A stretch of DNA of 64,000 nucleotides. It comes from Vicugna vicugna. Lineage: Eukaryota. Where the stretch lies: positions 62,001-126,000 of the forward strand of contig MU057796.1 of assembly GCA_013265495.1 (NCBI GenBank), in the 5' to 3' direction. Below, piece by piece: positions 1-12,020 of the stretch (within the stretch, counting starts at the first letter, position 1; each line of letters starts with the position of its first letter). A model generated the notes under the pieces. It saw only the letters and a list, made by a program, of their open reading frames with translations, did not search any database and had not been told where the DNA came from. The position numbers and the translations under genes are program-made.

Positions 1-792
1 TGTGACCTTTCTCTACCATCCTTTGTGCCATTTATCTCTTTGGACATTGTGGGGACTCTTGGCCTGACTCAGCTCATCTTGTACCAGTAACTGAGGTCAC
101 ACTGGCTAGAACAATCCCTCCCAGGCTTCCCTCACCCTCTCTTCTTTGTGTCTTGGTTTTCTTATTAGGTCCAGTCCCAGGTTAATTCTTTTGCCCCAAC
201 CAAGGACTGAGCCTTCTCCAGGGAGTCCTGATTCACTTAAGTAGAAAATAGCATTAGAGTCCAAAATCTGAGGTCCAGAAGTGCACATTTCCCAAATAAG
301 CAGCGAAGGTGGAGCAGAGTGGCCTGAGGTCTGCCAGAAGTGACAAAGCACAACAGTTACCTGTATTCAGAGCGCCTGCATTCATGTTGATGTTTCCCGT
401 TTACCTGTATCACTAAGTTTGCTTTGGTCTTACTCTGTTATCAGAATTCATTAATCCAGTTCCCCCTTTGCCAAGCTGTACATAGAGAATCATTCATACA
501 TTTACGTGGGTAGTCATCCCACATTTGCGTGTCTCCATTTTCATCTCTTCCAGACGTTGGATTCAGGTGTCTGGAATTAACTGCTAAGTGTGTGAGTTCG
601 GTAAATTTTATTGTCAGTGTCCCTAGAGCACCCGAAAAGAAAAAGAAATTGCAGCCTCCTTCCAGATTTTATACTGAAGAAACCAAGAGTGTGCGCCACT
701 CAGCAATATGAAGATGTAGATCACCAGATATCTAGGCAGACTCGGACTCACTTAGGAGACAGTAATAGTGAAATAGGGACAGCACGCCACTA

Positions 793-1254
793 CAGACATA
801 CCTAGAGATGTTGCAGGTTTGGCTTCAGCCCGCTGCAATAAAGCAAATACTGCAACAAAGTGAGTCAGAAATTGTTGGTTTCCTAGGACACTAGGAAAGA
901 AGTAGAAATTATGTTTACAGTGTACCGTAGTCTGTTAAGTGTGCAATAGCATTATTTCTATAGCTAAAGAAACAATGGTACATTAATTTAGAAGTACTTT
1001 GTTGCTAAAAAATGCTAACCATCATTTGAGCCTTCATCACAGATCCCCATAACAAATAGGATAAGGAAATATTGATAATGAAAGCTTGAAATATTGTGAG
1101 AAGTACCAAAGTGTGACACAGAGCAAACGCTGTTGGAAAAATGGCACCGATAGACTTGAGACAGAGTTGCCACAAATCTTCAATTTGTTGAGAAAAAAAA
1201 TGCAGTATCTGTGAAGCACAATAAAGCGAAGCTCAATAAAACGAGGTCTGCCTG
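793..1254 (-). mobile_element. Internally deleted Tigger1 derivative (TcMar-Tigger MITE, Tigger1a-like)
   Basis: Starts ta|cagacataccta and ends cgaggtctgcctg|tg. These are degenerate terminal inverted repeats of Tigger1 type (CAGGCATACCTC) with a TA target site. The interior resembles both Tigger1 ends. Confidence 0.85.
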
Positions 1255-1464
1255 TGCGACCTCTTGAGGTTTTGTCTATTACGTCTTTGTTTTGTTAGGC
1301 ACTAATACTTGTCTTTTAACACAAATAGCTTTACCTTTAGATTCCGTTTCTAAATGGCCTTTGGCCTGCCCCTTGGTCTCATCACGTTTAGCAGTGTCAA
1401 GGAAACACTTTCCATGTTACTTTACCTAAAGCGGACCCCAGCTCCTGCCCTGCCGCCTTCCAGA

Positions 1465-1575
1465 GTGGAGGTCCCCCCAAGAGCAGGGACGTTGTGAGGG
1501 CACTGCTGTGTCCCCAGGAGCCTCAGTCAGGTGCGTGGCACCCAGACAGCCCTCAGAACACTTGATGAATGGGGC
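1465..1575 (+). mobile_element. L2 3' end fragment
   Basis: gagcagggac...cactgctgtgtccccaggagcct...gtggcaccc...cacttgatgaatg resembles the L2 3' terminus. Confidence 0.5.
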
Positions 1576-2559
1576 TTGTCCTTTCAGCTGTACATAGAAA
1601 CCTGCAGTTTAGACGTTGCTGCTGGAGGAAATCTTTTTTTTTTTTTGAAAACCTTGCGTCGCACATCCGTTACACATTTGTAGCATTTCCCGTTTCTTCT
1701 TATGTCTGAGTTGCTTCGATTTCGTGATATTATTAGAGCTGCTTCCATCACCATAAAAAGTTTCTGTGATGTTTCCAAGGCTGCCGCCTTCCCTGGCCAG
1801 CAATTTCCCATCCCATCCAGTGACAATTTTTAGCTAGGCTTTGAAGGGAACTACACACATGGAATTTTAGAAGGTACCGGGGAGGGGAGAAATACCAGAG
1901 CTGCAAGAGGGTGTTTGCCCTGGACTCAGCCCGTCTGCCTTTTTTGTTTTTGTTTTTCAATCAGCCAGACCTCTGTCATCTAACAGACACATTTGTGTTT
2001 GGGACCTGGACATCGGCTGCAGGTGTGGCTTTGTCCTCCATCGTGATGGTGTGAAAGGGGACTTGGCAGGCTTTGCACTATAGTAGTTGCTCAGGAATAA
2101 ACAGCAAAGGGAAGAGGATGGGAGGGAAGAGGAGGCAGCTCCTCCTCCCAGTCTTCAAAATATGTTTTGTTGACAAGTCAGAAGAACAGCTCAGAGCCCG
2201 GTCTCTGAATCTAAAAACCCAGATGTGGGAAGGCATAAGGAATCTTTCCGTTATCACTCTGCCTTAAGGTACCAGGGGACTCTGGATCAGCCTTCACCCA
2301 TAGCAGGTGTGTCTCATTACTTATCCCCGCCACCTGTGGCATTTGAAGTGCACCTGTTGGCTCCTGTTGAACTCATGAAATGCCCAACAGAGACAGAGGT
2401 GGGGAGTGATGGGGGAGAAGCGATGGTGTGCTTACTGGAATGTTGGGCTTTTTAATACACACAGATCCTGTCAAAAAACCTTCCAGGTTTGAGTTTCAGT
2501 TTTCTCACAGGTTGTATTAATTTTCTGTACCAAGTCCTCTCTGTGAAATTTTAACTAAG

Positions 2560-2648
2560 GGTTGATGACAAAATGTGACGTTGTAAGTATTTTTCCTAAG
2601 ATGTAGATATCATATGGATTAAATTGTGTGAATCGAGAGAGAGAGAGA

Positions 2649-2679
<31 letters not shown>

Positions 2680-2887
2680 TTGTAGCTGCTCTGTTTACAT
2701 TTATGCCAAAATTCCTGCTTTTGAAAATAAGTGTAGCTGCCTCCTTTACAAAAGAGAACCAGAGGGTGCACAGTGGCAGCGTCACTCAGCTTCTGGTCTC
2801 AGAGCCTTTCCGGGTCCCAGAGATGCACGCTTATACCAGTGGAACTTGAGGACCCAGGAGAAGCATTTCTCTGGGGGAAAGGTAAGT
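2560..2887 (+). promoter_or_regulatory. Candidate alternative promoter / non-coding first exon ending at splice donor AAG|GTAAGT (exon end 2881)
   Basis: TE-free block with (GA)n, forkhead motif TGTTTAC (2692-2698) and a consensus 5' splice site at 2879-2887. No convincing upstream acceptor. Confidence 0.4.
2635..2679. repeat. (GA)n microsatellite
   Basis: About 22 GA units with one interruption, seen directly. Confidence 0.97.
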
Positions 2888-3019
2888 AAATTGTGCAATG
2901 CCCCTGATACTGCCTGGGAGTAAACTCAGGAAGCGGAGGGCTTAGCTACCCAACAGCAGGCAGGGGAATAAGCCAGCTCCAGGAGGCACTCAGGACTCCC
3001 CTCCTCAGTGCAAACCAGT

Positions 3020-3105
3020 GGGTGTGGGCACTGACTCTGGAGGCAGGCTGCCTGAGTTTGAATCCCACTCTTATCTTTTGCTAGCTTTGTGACATTGGGT
3101 TAGTT
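3020..3105 (+). mobile_element. MIR fragment
   Basis: ctctggaggcaggctgcctgagtttgaatcccactct...tagctttgtgacattggg matches the MIR head and core. Confidence 0.7.
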
Positions 3106-3114
3106 AGATTTTTT

Positions 3115-5470
3115 TCTTTTTAATTTAGCATCTTTATTGAAGAGCAGTTGATACACAGTAAAGTAAATAATTAAAGTATGCAAGTTGATACACTTTGACA
3201 TGTGTATACTTGTAAAATAGGCACCATAATCAAGATAGTCAACCCATTTGTGATTCCCAAGTTTTCTTGTGCTCTTGTGTAAACCATATCCCTCCCTCCT
3301 TCCCCTCTCTTCCCCTCCTTTCCCTCGATCTCTAGGTAACCATTGGCCTACTTTCTAACTATATGTTAGTTTGCATTTCGTAGTGTTTTAGAGAGAGACA
3401 GACATATAGTGTGTACACTTTAAAAAAAAATCAGGCTCCTTTCATTTATCATAATTATCTTGAGAATCATTGTTGGAGGTATCAATAATTCATTTCTTTT
3501 ACTGCTGTAGTTCACTGAATGAATATACCATAATTCATTTATGAAGTTGCCTGTTGATGGAGATTTGGGTTGTCTCCAGGTTGGAGCTATTAAAAATAAA
3601 ACTTGTATTAGCTTTTGTGTACAATTCTTTAATTGGACATGTTGTGTCACTGTAAATATCTCTAAGTGGAATGGGTGGATCACATGAAAGGTATAGATTT
3701 ACTTTTTTTGGTAACTACCAAACCATTTTCAGAACGGTGGTATCACTTTATGTGCCGACCAGCAGTGTCTGAGTGTTCCACTTCTTCCACACCCTTGTCA
3801 GCACTTGATATGGTCAGTTTTTGCAGTTTCATTTTCTCTGATAGGGTCTGATTAGGTTTTCTGTTGCGTCTATCTGTTGAATAGTGATGTTGAGCTTTTC
3901 CCACTCCTGGATCTTATTTAGTGACGTTTTTGTTCACATCTACCAATTTTGTAAATGAATAGTTTTTTTCATATTATTCTTTCGAGATGCTTTCCATGTT
4001 CTAGATCTGCGTCCTTTATACGTGCTTAGCAAAGCTTTTCTCCCCTGCTGGGATCTGTCTTTTCATTCTCCTAGCGGTGTTTTTAGAGAATGCACCTTTG
4101 AATTTTGTCGAGTTCACCTTATTACTTGTTCCATTAGGGACTGTGCTTCCAGTATCACATCTGAGTATTCTTTGCCTAATCCAGGTTCCCAAGGTTTTCT
4201 CCTTTGCTTTAGTTTAGAAACTTTGTAACTTAGGTTCTACATTTAGGACAATGTGTTTTGACGTAATCTGTGTATATGGTGTGAGTTACGGATCACAGTT
4301 CATCCATTTACATATGGATAGCCAGTTGTTTCTGTACGTTGCTGGTTCACTGTGTTGTTTACGTCTTTTATATCTACTGACTTTTCTATCTCATTGTTCT
4401 GTCATTGTTGAGACGGGCTGTTGGAATCTTAGGTTATACTTATGGATTTGTTTATTTCTCTTCAATTCTGTCAGTTTTTGCTTCATGTATTTTGAAGCTC
4501 TGTAATTAGATTTATAAATGTTTTGAATTGTTTATGTCCTCTTGATAAATTGACCCTTTTTTCATTATGCAGTGGAATTCTATCGCCCTCGTTATATTCT
4601 TTGGCCAGAAATCTATTTAGTCAAATATCAATATAGCCACATCATTTTTGAGTAACGTTAGAATGGTATATTCCATTCTTCCTTTTTCATCCTATTTTTA
4701 TCTCTGTTTAAAGTGAATTTCTTATAGACAACTTACAGTTTTTGCTTTTTTATCTCATCTGATAGTCTTTGTCTTTTAATTCAGATATTTTTTCCAGTTA
4801 GATTTAAGGTGATTAGTTATATATGTAGTTTTGCATCTATCCTTTGACTATTTTTTTTCCTGTTTGTTTTATCTCTTTTTCCCTCCCCTTCTTTTGTGTC
4901 TTTTGGACTCTGTATTACTTCAGGCATCATCTTATCTCCTTTGTTGGCTTATTAGCTATAATCTTTTATTCTTTAAGTTTAGTGTATGCTTTAGGGCTTA
5001 TAGTTTACATCTGTAGTATTTCATAGTGGCATTATACCACTTCATATGTAGTATAGGATCCTTAAAATAGTGAACTTTAATTTCTCACTTCCCAGGCTGC
5101 ATGCTTTTGTTGTCATTCATTTTACTTCTACTAATGTTACAAGCCCCACATTACATTTTTGCTATTTTTAACAGTGAAATACCTTTTATAGGGATACAAA
5201 TAAAATAAAGCATTTTATATATTACATATTTGCTGTTTTTAGTGCTCTTCATTCCTTTGTATAAATCCATGTTTCTGTCTCGTATAATTTTCCTTCTACC
5301 TGAAGGACTTCCTTTAACTTTTCTTGTCTTGTGCATATGCCACGTATAAACTCTCTCACATTTTTGGATATCTGCAAAACTCCTTATTTCTCCTTCATTT
5401 TTCAAAGATACTTTCACTGAGTATAAAATCTCAGATAGTTATGTCTTTAAGTAGCTTAAAGATTTTGTTA
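3115..5470 (-). mobile_element. Old L1 (L1M-type) fragments: 3'UTR/ORF2 end (~3115-4330) and ORF1 C-terminus/ORF2 endonuclease region (~4330-5470)
   Basis: Typical antisense L1 text (tgaatataccataattcatttatg...gatgggagatttgggttgtctccag). ORF 5151..5417(-) KVSLKNEGEIRSFADIQK resembles the L1 ORF1p C-terminal domain (KISFKNEGEIKTFSDKQK). Confidence 0.85.
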
Positions 5471-6879
5471 TCATTATTATTATCATTATTATTACTATTA
5501 TTATTATATTATTCTCCTGACATTCATGTATGGGTGAAATTTTCCCAAAGTTTAAAAACTTTTAAATGTAAGGAAAAAAATTATTAGCGCCAGTGTCATA
5601 GAATTGTGAGGATAGTGCCTAGAAAGTCACATTGGTTGACCTTAAAAAAGAATATAAAAATAGCTCAGACCCCATACCCTGCACCCCAGCTTTTTCCCCC
5701 AAGCTATAAAAGCATCTTTCATCTCAGTCCTAGTTGGAGCTAACAGTCCCTGCAGAGCTATCCATAGTGCTGACTAATGGCACACGGAAAGAAAGGGAGA
5801 TGCAGGGCGGGAGAGCATGGAAGATGGGTTGAGTCTTATAAATACTGAATATGTGGTTTCTAGATACCCCTAAGTGGAGAGATATCTTATAGGGAAGAGG
5901 TTTTATGGGCTATAATTCGGGAGGTCAATTTAGTCTGGAGGTAGAGTTCATCTTCTTTTTGGCCAAATCTTCCCAGCGCCCCTGCTCTGACCAGTCACCA
6001 GGCTGTCCATCCCTCACTGGAGGACAGCCCAAGACTTTGCAGCAACAGATTATTCTAACAGCTGGGCCTTTTGCCTTGAAGGGGTAGAATATCAGCTTCT
6101 CACTTTATGTCTCAGTGTGCATTGCTAGCTAATTTGAGGAATTTGTTTGTCAGAGACCAAGTGCCTGTGTTTTAAATCTTGCCATGGAATGAGGAAGGAG
6201 TCCTTAGCGTGTGCAGTTATGTAGCTAGCATGGCGAAACCTGAATGAATTCTATTTAGATGCCAACTCAGACCTACTGGGCCCTGTGCTCTCCTCTGTAA
6301 TTTAAAATATACCAAACTCTCCATCCTTAGTTGGGCTCAGGCATGAGCAGTGGGAACCAAGCCTTCACCGGGTCGGCTTTAGAAAACAACTCACTGACTT
6401 GGCTTGCGTTGCATAGGCCTGACTAGGGACTGCTTTATGTGGGTTTCCGTTTTACAATTTAAAATTTTGACTTGGAAATCATTTGCAAGGAGGCTGTGCT
6501 TTCTAGGGACTGTTCTCAGTCAGTCTGTACGCTAATATATACCAGGTACTACTAAATATCAACATGTTTGCTTTGCTCTGACTGCTGGTGTGCAAGCAGG
6601 AGTGAGGAAGAGAAGATGAAGAAATGGCTTCTGTTGTGAATGTAGTGTCACTGTTAGACAAAGGTGTCTTCTCTTTGATGATCTGAGAGGTAGACTTCAG
6701 CTAGCCATAGGATGAGTGAAACAGTGTGCCAAACGCTGAAAGATGAGCAGCTTTTGGAAATTCCAAAGCGGAAGTTAATGAAAAATGAGGGTAGGGGAGA
6801 AGCAATGTAGTGATTTGAAAAAGAAAAGAAGAAAGAAAGAAAATACTAATTTTAAGAAGATACTATAAGAGAACTTGCA

Positions 6880-7050
6880 TGGGTTTTTTGAGAGGGAAGT
6901 CCAGTTGGGTTTGAATCCCAGCTGCACTGTCTGGGTAGCCACATTGTCGGAAGTACATTATTTAAATGCTCTGAACCCATTTGCCCCCAGGCGACAGGGT
7001 TATGGGCCACAGTCTTGAGTAACCTTGTTCTAACATGGGGGTGTTGAAAA
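6880..7050 (+). mobile_element. MIR fragment
   Basis: gggtttgaatcccagctgcac...tatttaaatgctctgaaccc resembles the MIR core. Confidence 0.55.
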
Positions 7051-7974
7051 TATGCTCTGATTACACCAGCACCACGTGCTTGTGAAGTTTGTACCAGTGC
7101 CACGTCAAGCAGTAGAAACTTGCAACTACTTCTAACAGGCTTTAGGTTGAAGCAGTGAGGCTTGAACTCCTACAGAAAGCAGTGCACAACAGCGTTGATG
7201 GAAAAACCCACTGCCCCGCAGTGAGTGGACATCTCTTATGACCAAAAATGCATGTGATGTTGTATCAGCAGTTTGGCAAAGCATAAACATGTCCTCGCCA
7301 TACTTGTACACAACCGGCCCTTTGAACGGACATAGCTGCCTAGAACCGTAACCATGGACGTTACTCCCGAAGCAGAAAGTTGACATTGCAGTTGGAAAGT
7401 GGAAAACCACCTTCAAAGATAGAAAACGAGGTCACTGCAGTGGGATTCCTTTTATTTACAGATGTAGGGAAGTTAATAATGAGGGAGATCAGAGCAAAGG
7501 GACTAGAAAGGAGATAAACTGGGGATGTTCTTAAAATTTACATCTGAGGACCTTTTGGCTGCATTTAGAACCAGAGGAAGGAGTGAAACATGTCCAGTTA
7601 GTCTGTTTCAAATGTTTTGTTTTATTGTGTTCAAATTGGACAGAATTATAAAGATCATGAAACCAGGGAGAGAACCTAATATCCTTCCTTATTTTTCAGT
7701 TGAGGACAGTGAATCCCAAAGTGATTAAATGATCTAAGATCACCTTGCTAGTTAATATCCTATATGGCTCATTGAACTTTTTCACCGGTTTTTACCTCTG
7801 CCCAAAACATCGCTGCTTCCTAACACCTGCCCTCTTCTGCTATGTGGCTCGTTCCCGCTGTTCTGCAGGTTTGGGGTCATTTATCACTTCTTCTGGAAAA
7901 TCTACCCTGACCACCGCCCCCATCCCTTATCAAGTTCAAATAACTTATAATGGCAGAAAACAACCACAACTGTT

Positions 7975-8170
7975 GATCGAATGCTTATGATTTAATCATT
8001 GTAACAACTCTGAATTAAGTTCTCTTTATCCCTATTTTATGGAAGGAGAAACTGACACAAGGGGATGGTGAATAGCTTAGCCAGGGTTATAATTGATAGG
8101 GGGTGGGGCCAGAATTCAAATGTAGGTTGTCTCACTGCAAAGCCTGAGCTCAACTCTCCACATTATTCTA
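7975..8170 (-). mobile_element. MIR fragment
   Basis: atttaatcattgtaacaactctg...atcctattttatggaaggagaaactgacacaag...cagaattcaaatgtagg is the antisense MIR core. Confidence 0.7.
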
Positions 8171-8651
8171 CCAGTTCATCTGTTGTCAAGATACTTCTTA
8201 CCTCCCTTAGCACTTAATGCTCTTGTAAGGTTATATTTACTCATGTGATTGTATAATACATCTTTGCCTATTCAACTGTAACCTTCAGGAGGGCTCAGAG
8301 AAGTGTCTTTAGATTCACCAATTTGCTGAGCTCCTAAGTACCTCACATCTAGCAGGCTTTACATATATTTTTCCCTATGTGAAATAGAGTTAATAATAAT
8401 TCATTTTATAGCATTATTTGTTCTAATTGTACTGTACTGTAGTACAATTGCACACAATGCTACAGTACAAACACATGGTTAAGGGAACTAAGGGAGAAAA
8501 TGCACACAAGGTGGTTACTTAGTTGACATCAGTTGGCAGGAACTCAGTAACTGCAGGGCTATAAGGAAGATAAACAGGCTCAGAGGGGACAGCTTATGAC
8601 CACTAGACGGGATCTGAACTCAGGCATTCAGTGCTCTTCACTTTTATTCTT

Positions 8652-9767
8652 GTCTTCTTTTTGTATCCATAGTGAATGTAGTTAGAAAAGTCGATCCTGG
8701 AAAATATACTGCATTCCAGAGCTGATTTCTTAACTAGATGGGAAGCTGGAGTGTAAGTTTCATTCTTGGGAAGTGTTGGTTTTATCCTGGAGAGCAGGAC
8801 ACATCTTTATGATCTGTCTTTATGATCTAGTGGTGGTTAACAGATAACTTCCTGAACCAGTCTCCCAAGCGTGGACCATTGGTTAAGGCTGAAGTATTTT
8901 GATGCATTATTTGAGAGTAGTTGTTATGTACCCGTTCAGTTACAGCACATGAGTCCTTGCTTCATTAGCTGTTCTTTGGTCCTTTAGATGCATTCGTTTC
9001 TACAGGGATTCCTTGTCTTCCTATCTCTATCTGCTATGGTGAAGATAGGATTTATTATTCCAAATCATGTCCTTGAAGTTAGTTCAGCAATGTTATCTCT
9101 AGGGTATAGAGATGCATGTGGCCAGTGATCAGCAATGTATTCTGCTGTGGGGAACCTAGCCATTGAATAAAAATTGAGCTATAAAATGAATCTATAAAAT
9201 AGTCACAGAGTCTTCTTTTTGTATCCATAGTGAATGTAGTTAGAAAAGTCGATCCTGGAAAATATATTGCATTCCAGAGCTGATTTCTTAACTAGATGGG
9301 CAGCTGGAGTGTAAGTTTCATTCCTGGGAAGTGTTGGTTTTATCCTGGAGACCAGGACACATCTTTATGATCTGTCTTTATGATCTAGTGGCAGTTAACA
9401 GATAACTTCCTGAACCAGTCTCCCAAGCATGGACCATTGGTTAAGGCTGAAGTATTTTGATGCAGTATTTGAGAGTAGTTGTTATGTACCCATTCAGTTA
9501 CAGCACATGAGTCCTTGCTTCATTAGCTGTTCTTTGGTCTTTTAGATGCATTCGTTTCTACAGGGATTCCTTGTCTTCCTATCTCTATCTGCTATGGTGA
9601 AGATAGGATTTATTATTCCAAATCATGTCCTTGAAGTTAGTTCAGCAATGTTATCTCTAGGGTATAGAGATGCATGTGGCCAGTGATCAGCAATGTATTC
9701 TGCTGTGGGGAACCTAGCCGTTGAATAAAAATTGAGCTATAAAATTAATCTATAAAATAGTCACAGA
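8652..9767. repeat. 558-bp head-to-tail tandem duplication (copy 1 8652-9209, copy 2 9210-9767)
   Basis: Both copies start gtcttctttttgtatccatagtgaatg and end ctataaaatagtcacaga. The offset is a constant 558 bp, with 12 substitutions and no indels by manual comparison (~98% identity). Confidence 0.97.
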
Positions 9768-10464
9768 TAAAATGGTGAAGAGATCAACATTAATCTTTAA
9801 AAAAAAAAAGCACAAGACGAAATGCAACTACCCTAGAATCAAAAATAGTAGTGTTCATGAAAGTGACAATTAATTATTTAATTCCAAGGACAGACATGTT
9901 ATAGTCTAAAAATATATTTCAGGTTCACAACTGACTAGCTATTTTATGTGGCAGAATACCAGCTTTGCATATTTATTAAAATTATTCATAACTGCGTAGC
10001 TGCCTAGATGAACTGTTGAATTCTTGTTTCTTGATCCAATATATTATCTTGTCCATTTTATCATGGCACCGTAATAGAAATTTGTCTAAATTTTAAAGTC
10101 ATCCACGGAATATTTTCAGTATCAGCATCTCCTAAATACATATTTTATCATTTCCATTTTGCCTGATGTGATCTTTCACGGAAGTTTAGAAGAAGTCATC
10201 TATCTCTACAGAAAATTTGTGGGATTTTTCTTTTTCCCTTTGGAGAGTAAATTTTAGGCAGAAATCTCTGTTCAGTATGAAGTTATTATATCATTAATAT
10301 TTAGGTATCAAAATATTCCTGCTACCTAAAAACCTGGAATGTGAATTTTTGGAGTGGTGGAGCAGTCGAAGATCACAAGCATCCGGTGGAGTTTTTGGAG
10401 AACTGTGTGTACGTGTTATTTGTTGAGTATTTAACATGTTGCTTTGGTCGTTGTAACAATATGG

Positions 10465-10700
10465 TCGAGATGAGTTGTGGAGTTAGGCTGCCTTCAGTTC
10501 ATACCCTGAGTCCACCATTTATTTCTGATCATATTTAACTTTTTGAGCATCGGTGAACTCATCTGTAAAACTGGATGGTCATAGTATGTCCTTTATAGAG
10601 TTGTTAGTGAGGAATCTGTGAGGTGATACGTATAGAGTGCTCTAGAACCACATCAGGCACATAGTTATCACTTAGTGAATACCGGGGTAAATGTTACTAA
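10465..10700 (+). mobile_element. MIR
   Basis: ggagttaggctgcc...ctcatctgtaaaactggatg...gttgttagtgagga...ggcacatagt follows the MIR consensus. Confidence 0.75.
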
Positions 10701-11249
10701 CGATAGTGTATCATGGGACGCCACAGAGAGCATGCGTGAGGGCTCTAACAAGGATGCGTGGCAAAGAGATGTTTATCTCCAGTAACATGTCTCCAAACTG
10801 GTTAAGAAACTTAGATGATGCTAGGAAAGAGGAATAGATGCAACTTTCAACACTAGACTGTTAATTATAACATACTCCAGTTTAAAGCAACCTCGGATAA
10901 TCTTAACGCCCCCTCTTTGTGCTTGAGTGGAAAATGCAGCTCCAGAAGATGAAGTGACTTCCCCAGGATTTCCCAGACAGGACAGCTGACTCTCACTCTT
11001 GGCTTGCAGCTCAGTGTTTAGTGCTCTGTGTATTTTAAAGCACTGGTTTATCAACGTGTAACATAAATTGAATCCCTCATGGATGTGTAGTCATTGTTTT
11101 AGGAACTAAGAAGTATGCGATATCTAGTATAGAACACTTCCTTGCTCCCCTTGGTTTGATGTCCTCGTGATTTTAATCCTCTAGAATTATCTTTTCATAC
11201 CTCCAAGAATTACGCAGAAACTGATGACTGTCCCAGAGCCAGCTCCACC

Positions 11250-12020
11250 CTCAGTGACGCCCCACGTGGCGGCCTCAGTGGGACGACAGCTGTAGCCAAG
11301 GGGAGGCGCGCAGAAGAGGGAAAGCCCAGCAGGTCGTCTAGGATTTCCCTTGAGATCTCATAAACTTCTAATATTAAAATGAAACCACCCTTCCTTAGAA
11401 AACAGAATCATGTGTTAAAGGAGATGCTTCTGAGCTGTAGATTTTAGTGAGTTCCATAAAATTCTCAATAAAGGAAAGGTCAGTGTTTGTACCGTAAACA
11501 GTGTTCTTGGAGGCGTAGTTAACCCCAGTCCACGTTGTGACTCCTGGAGTTTGTTGTGATTGAACCGCTGCCCCGAAAGCGCTCCGTTACCCATCACCTC
11601 CCCAAAGCGACCGCCCCACCACCACCTGCGCACTCTCTGTCCGAGAGGTTCTCGCTGCCCCTGCTCCGGGGCCAGCCCTTCACCAAAGGGGAAAACGAGG
11701 AGAAGAGGCCTCGCCTCGCTCACAGCGTGGGCTTAGCTGCCCCCGGGCTCGGCTGCAGTTTTGTGTTTGTGGTTGAAGTGAAAAGGCTGTCGTCACGCCA
11801 GTTTGTGGGCTGTGCCGAGCGGCGTCCTCCTGTGTTCCCATGCAGACCGCGGAAGGCTGGGGGTGAGCTCGCCCACTCACGATGCAGGGAGTTGTTCTGC
11901 TCCGCGAGGGGTGATTCTTGTGCGCTTTCTGGCGGTCGGCGCAGCCTCCCCGCCCGCCAGCCTCCCCTCCACGGTGGGAGAGCTGGTGGTCCGGGCTTTT
12001 CCCGAGAGCAGCATTGAGGC
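11250..12020. promoter_or_regulatory. CpG island / CpG-rich candidate promoter or enhancer
   Basis: Strong local CpG and GC enrichment, densest at 11560-12020, in an otherwise CpG-depleted window. E-box CACGTG near 11263. No TE similarity recognised. Confidence 0.7.

Noticed and set aside
2624..2923. ORFs with RE-repeat peptides
   Set aside because: They are translations of the (GA)n microsatellite.
8652..9767. Paired LTRs or a CRISPR-like array
   Set aside because: There are only two directly abutting units, with no TG...CA ends, internal region, TSD or spacers. It is a simple tandem duplication.
11556..12017. 153-aa ORF in the CpG island
   Set aside because: Non-ATG start, Arg/Pro/Gly-rich composition and open frames on both strands are expected from high GC content.
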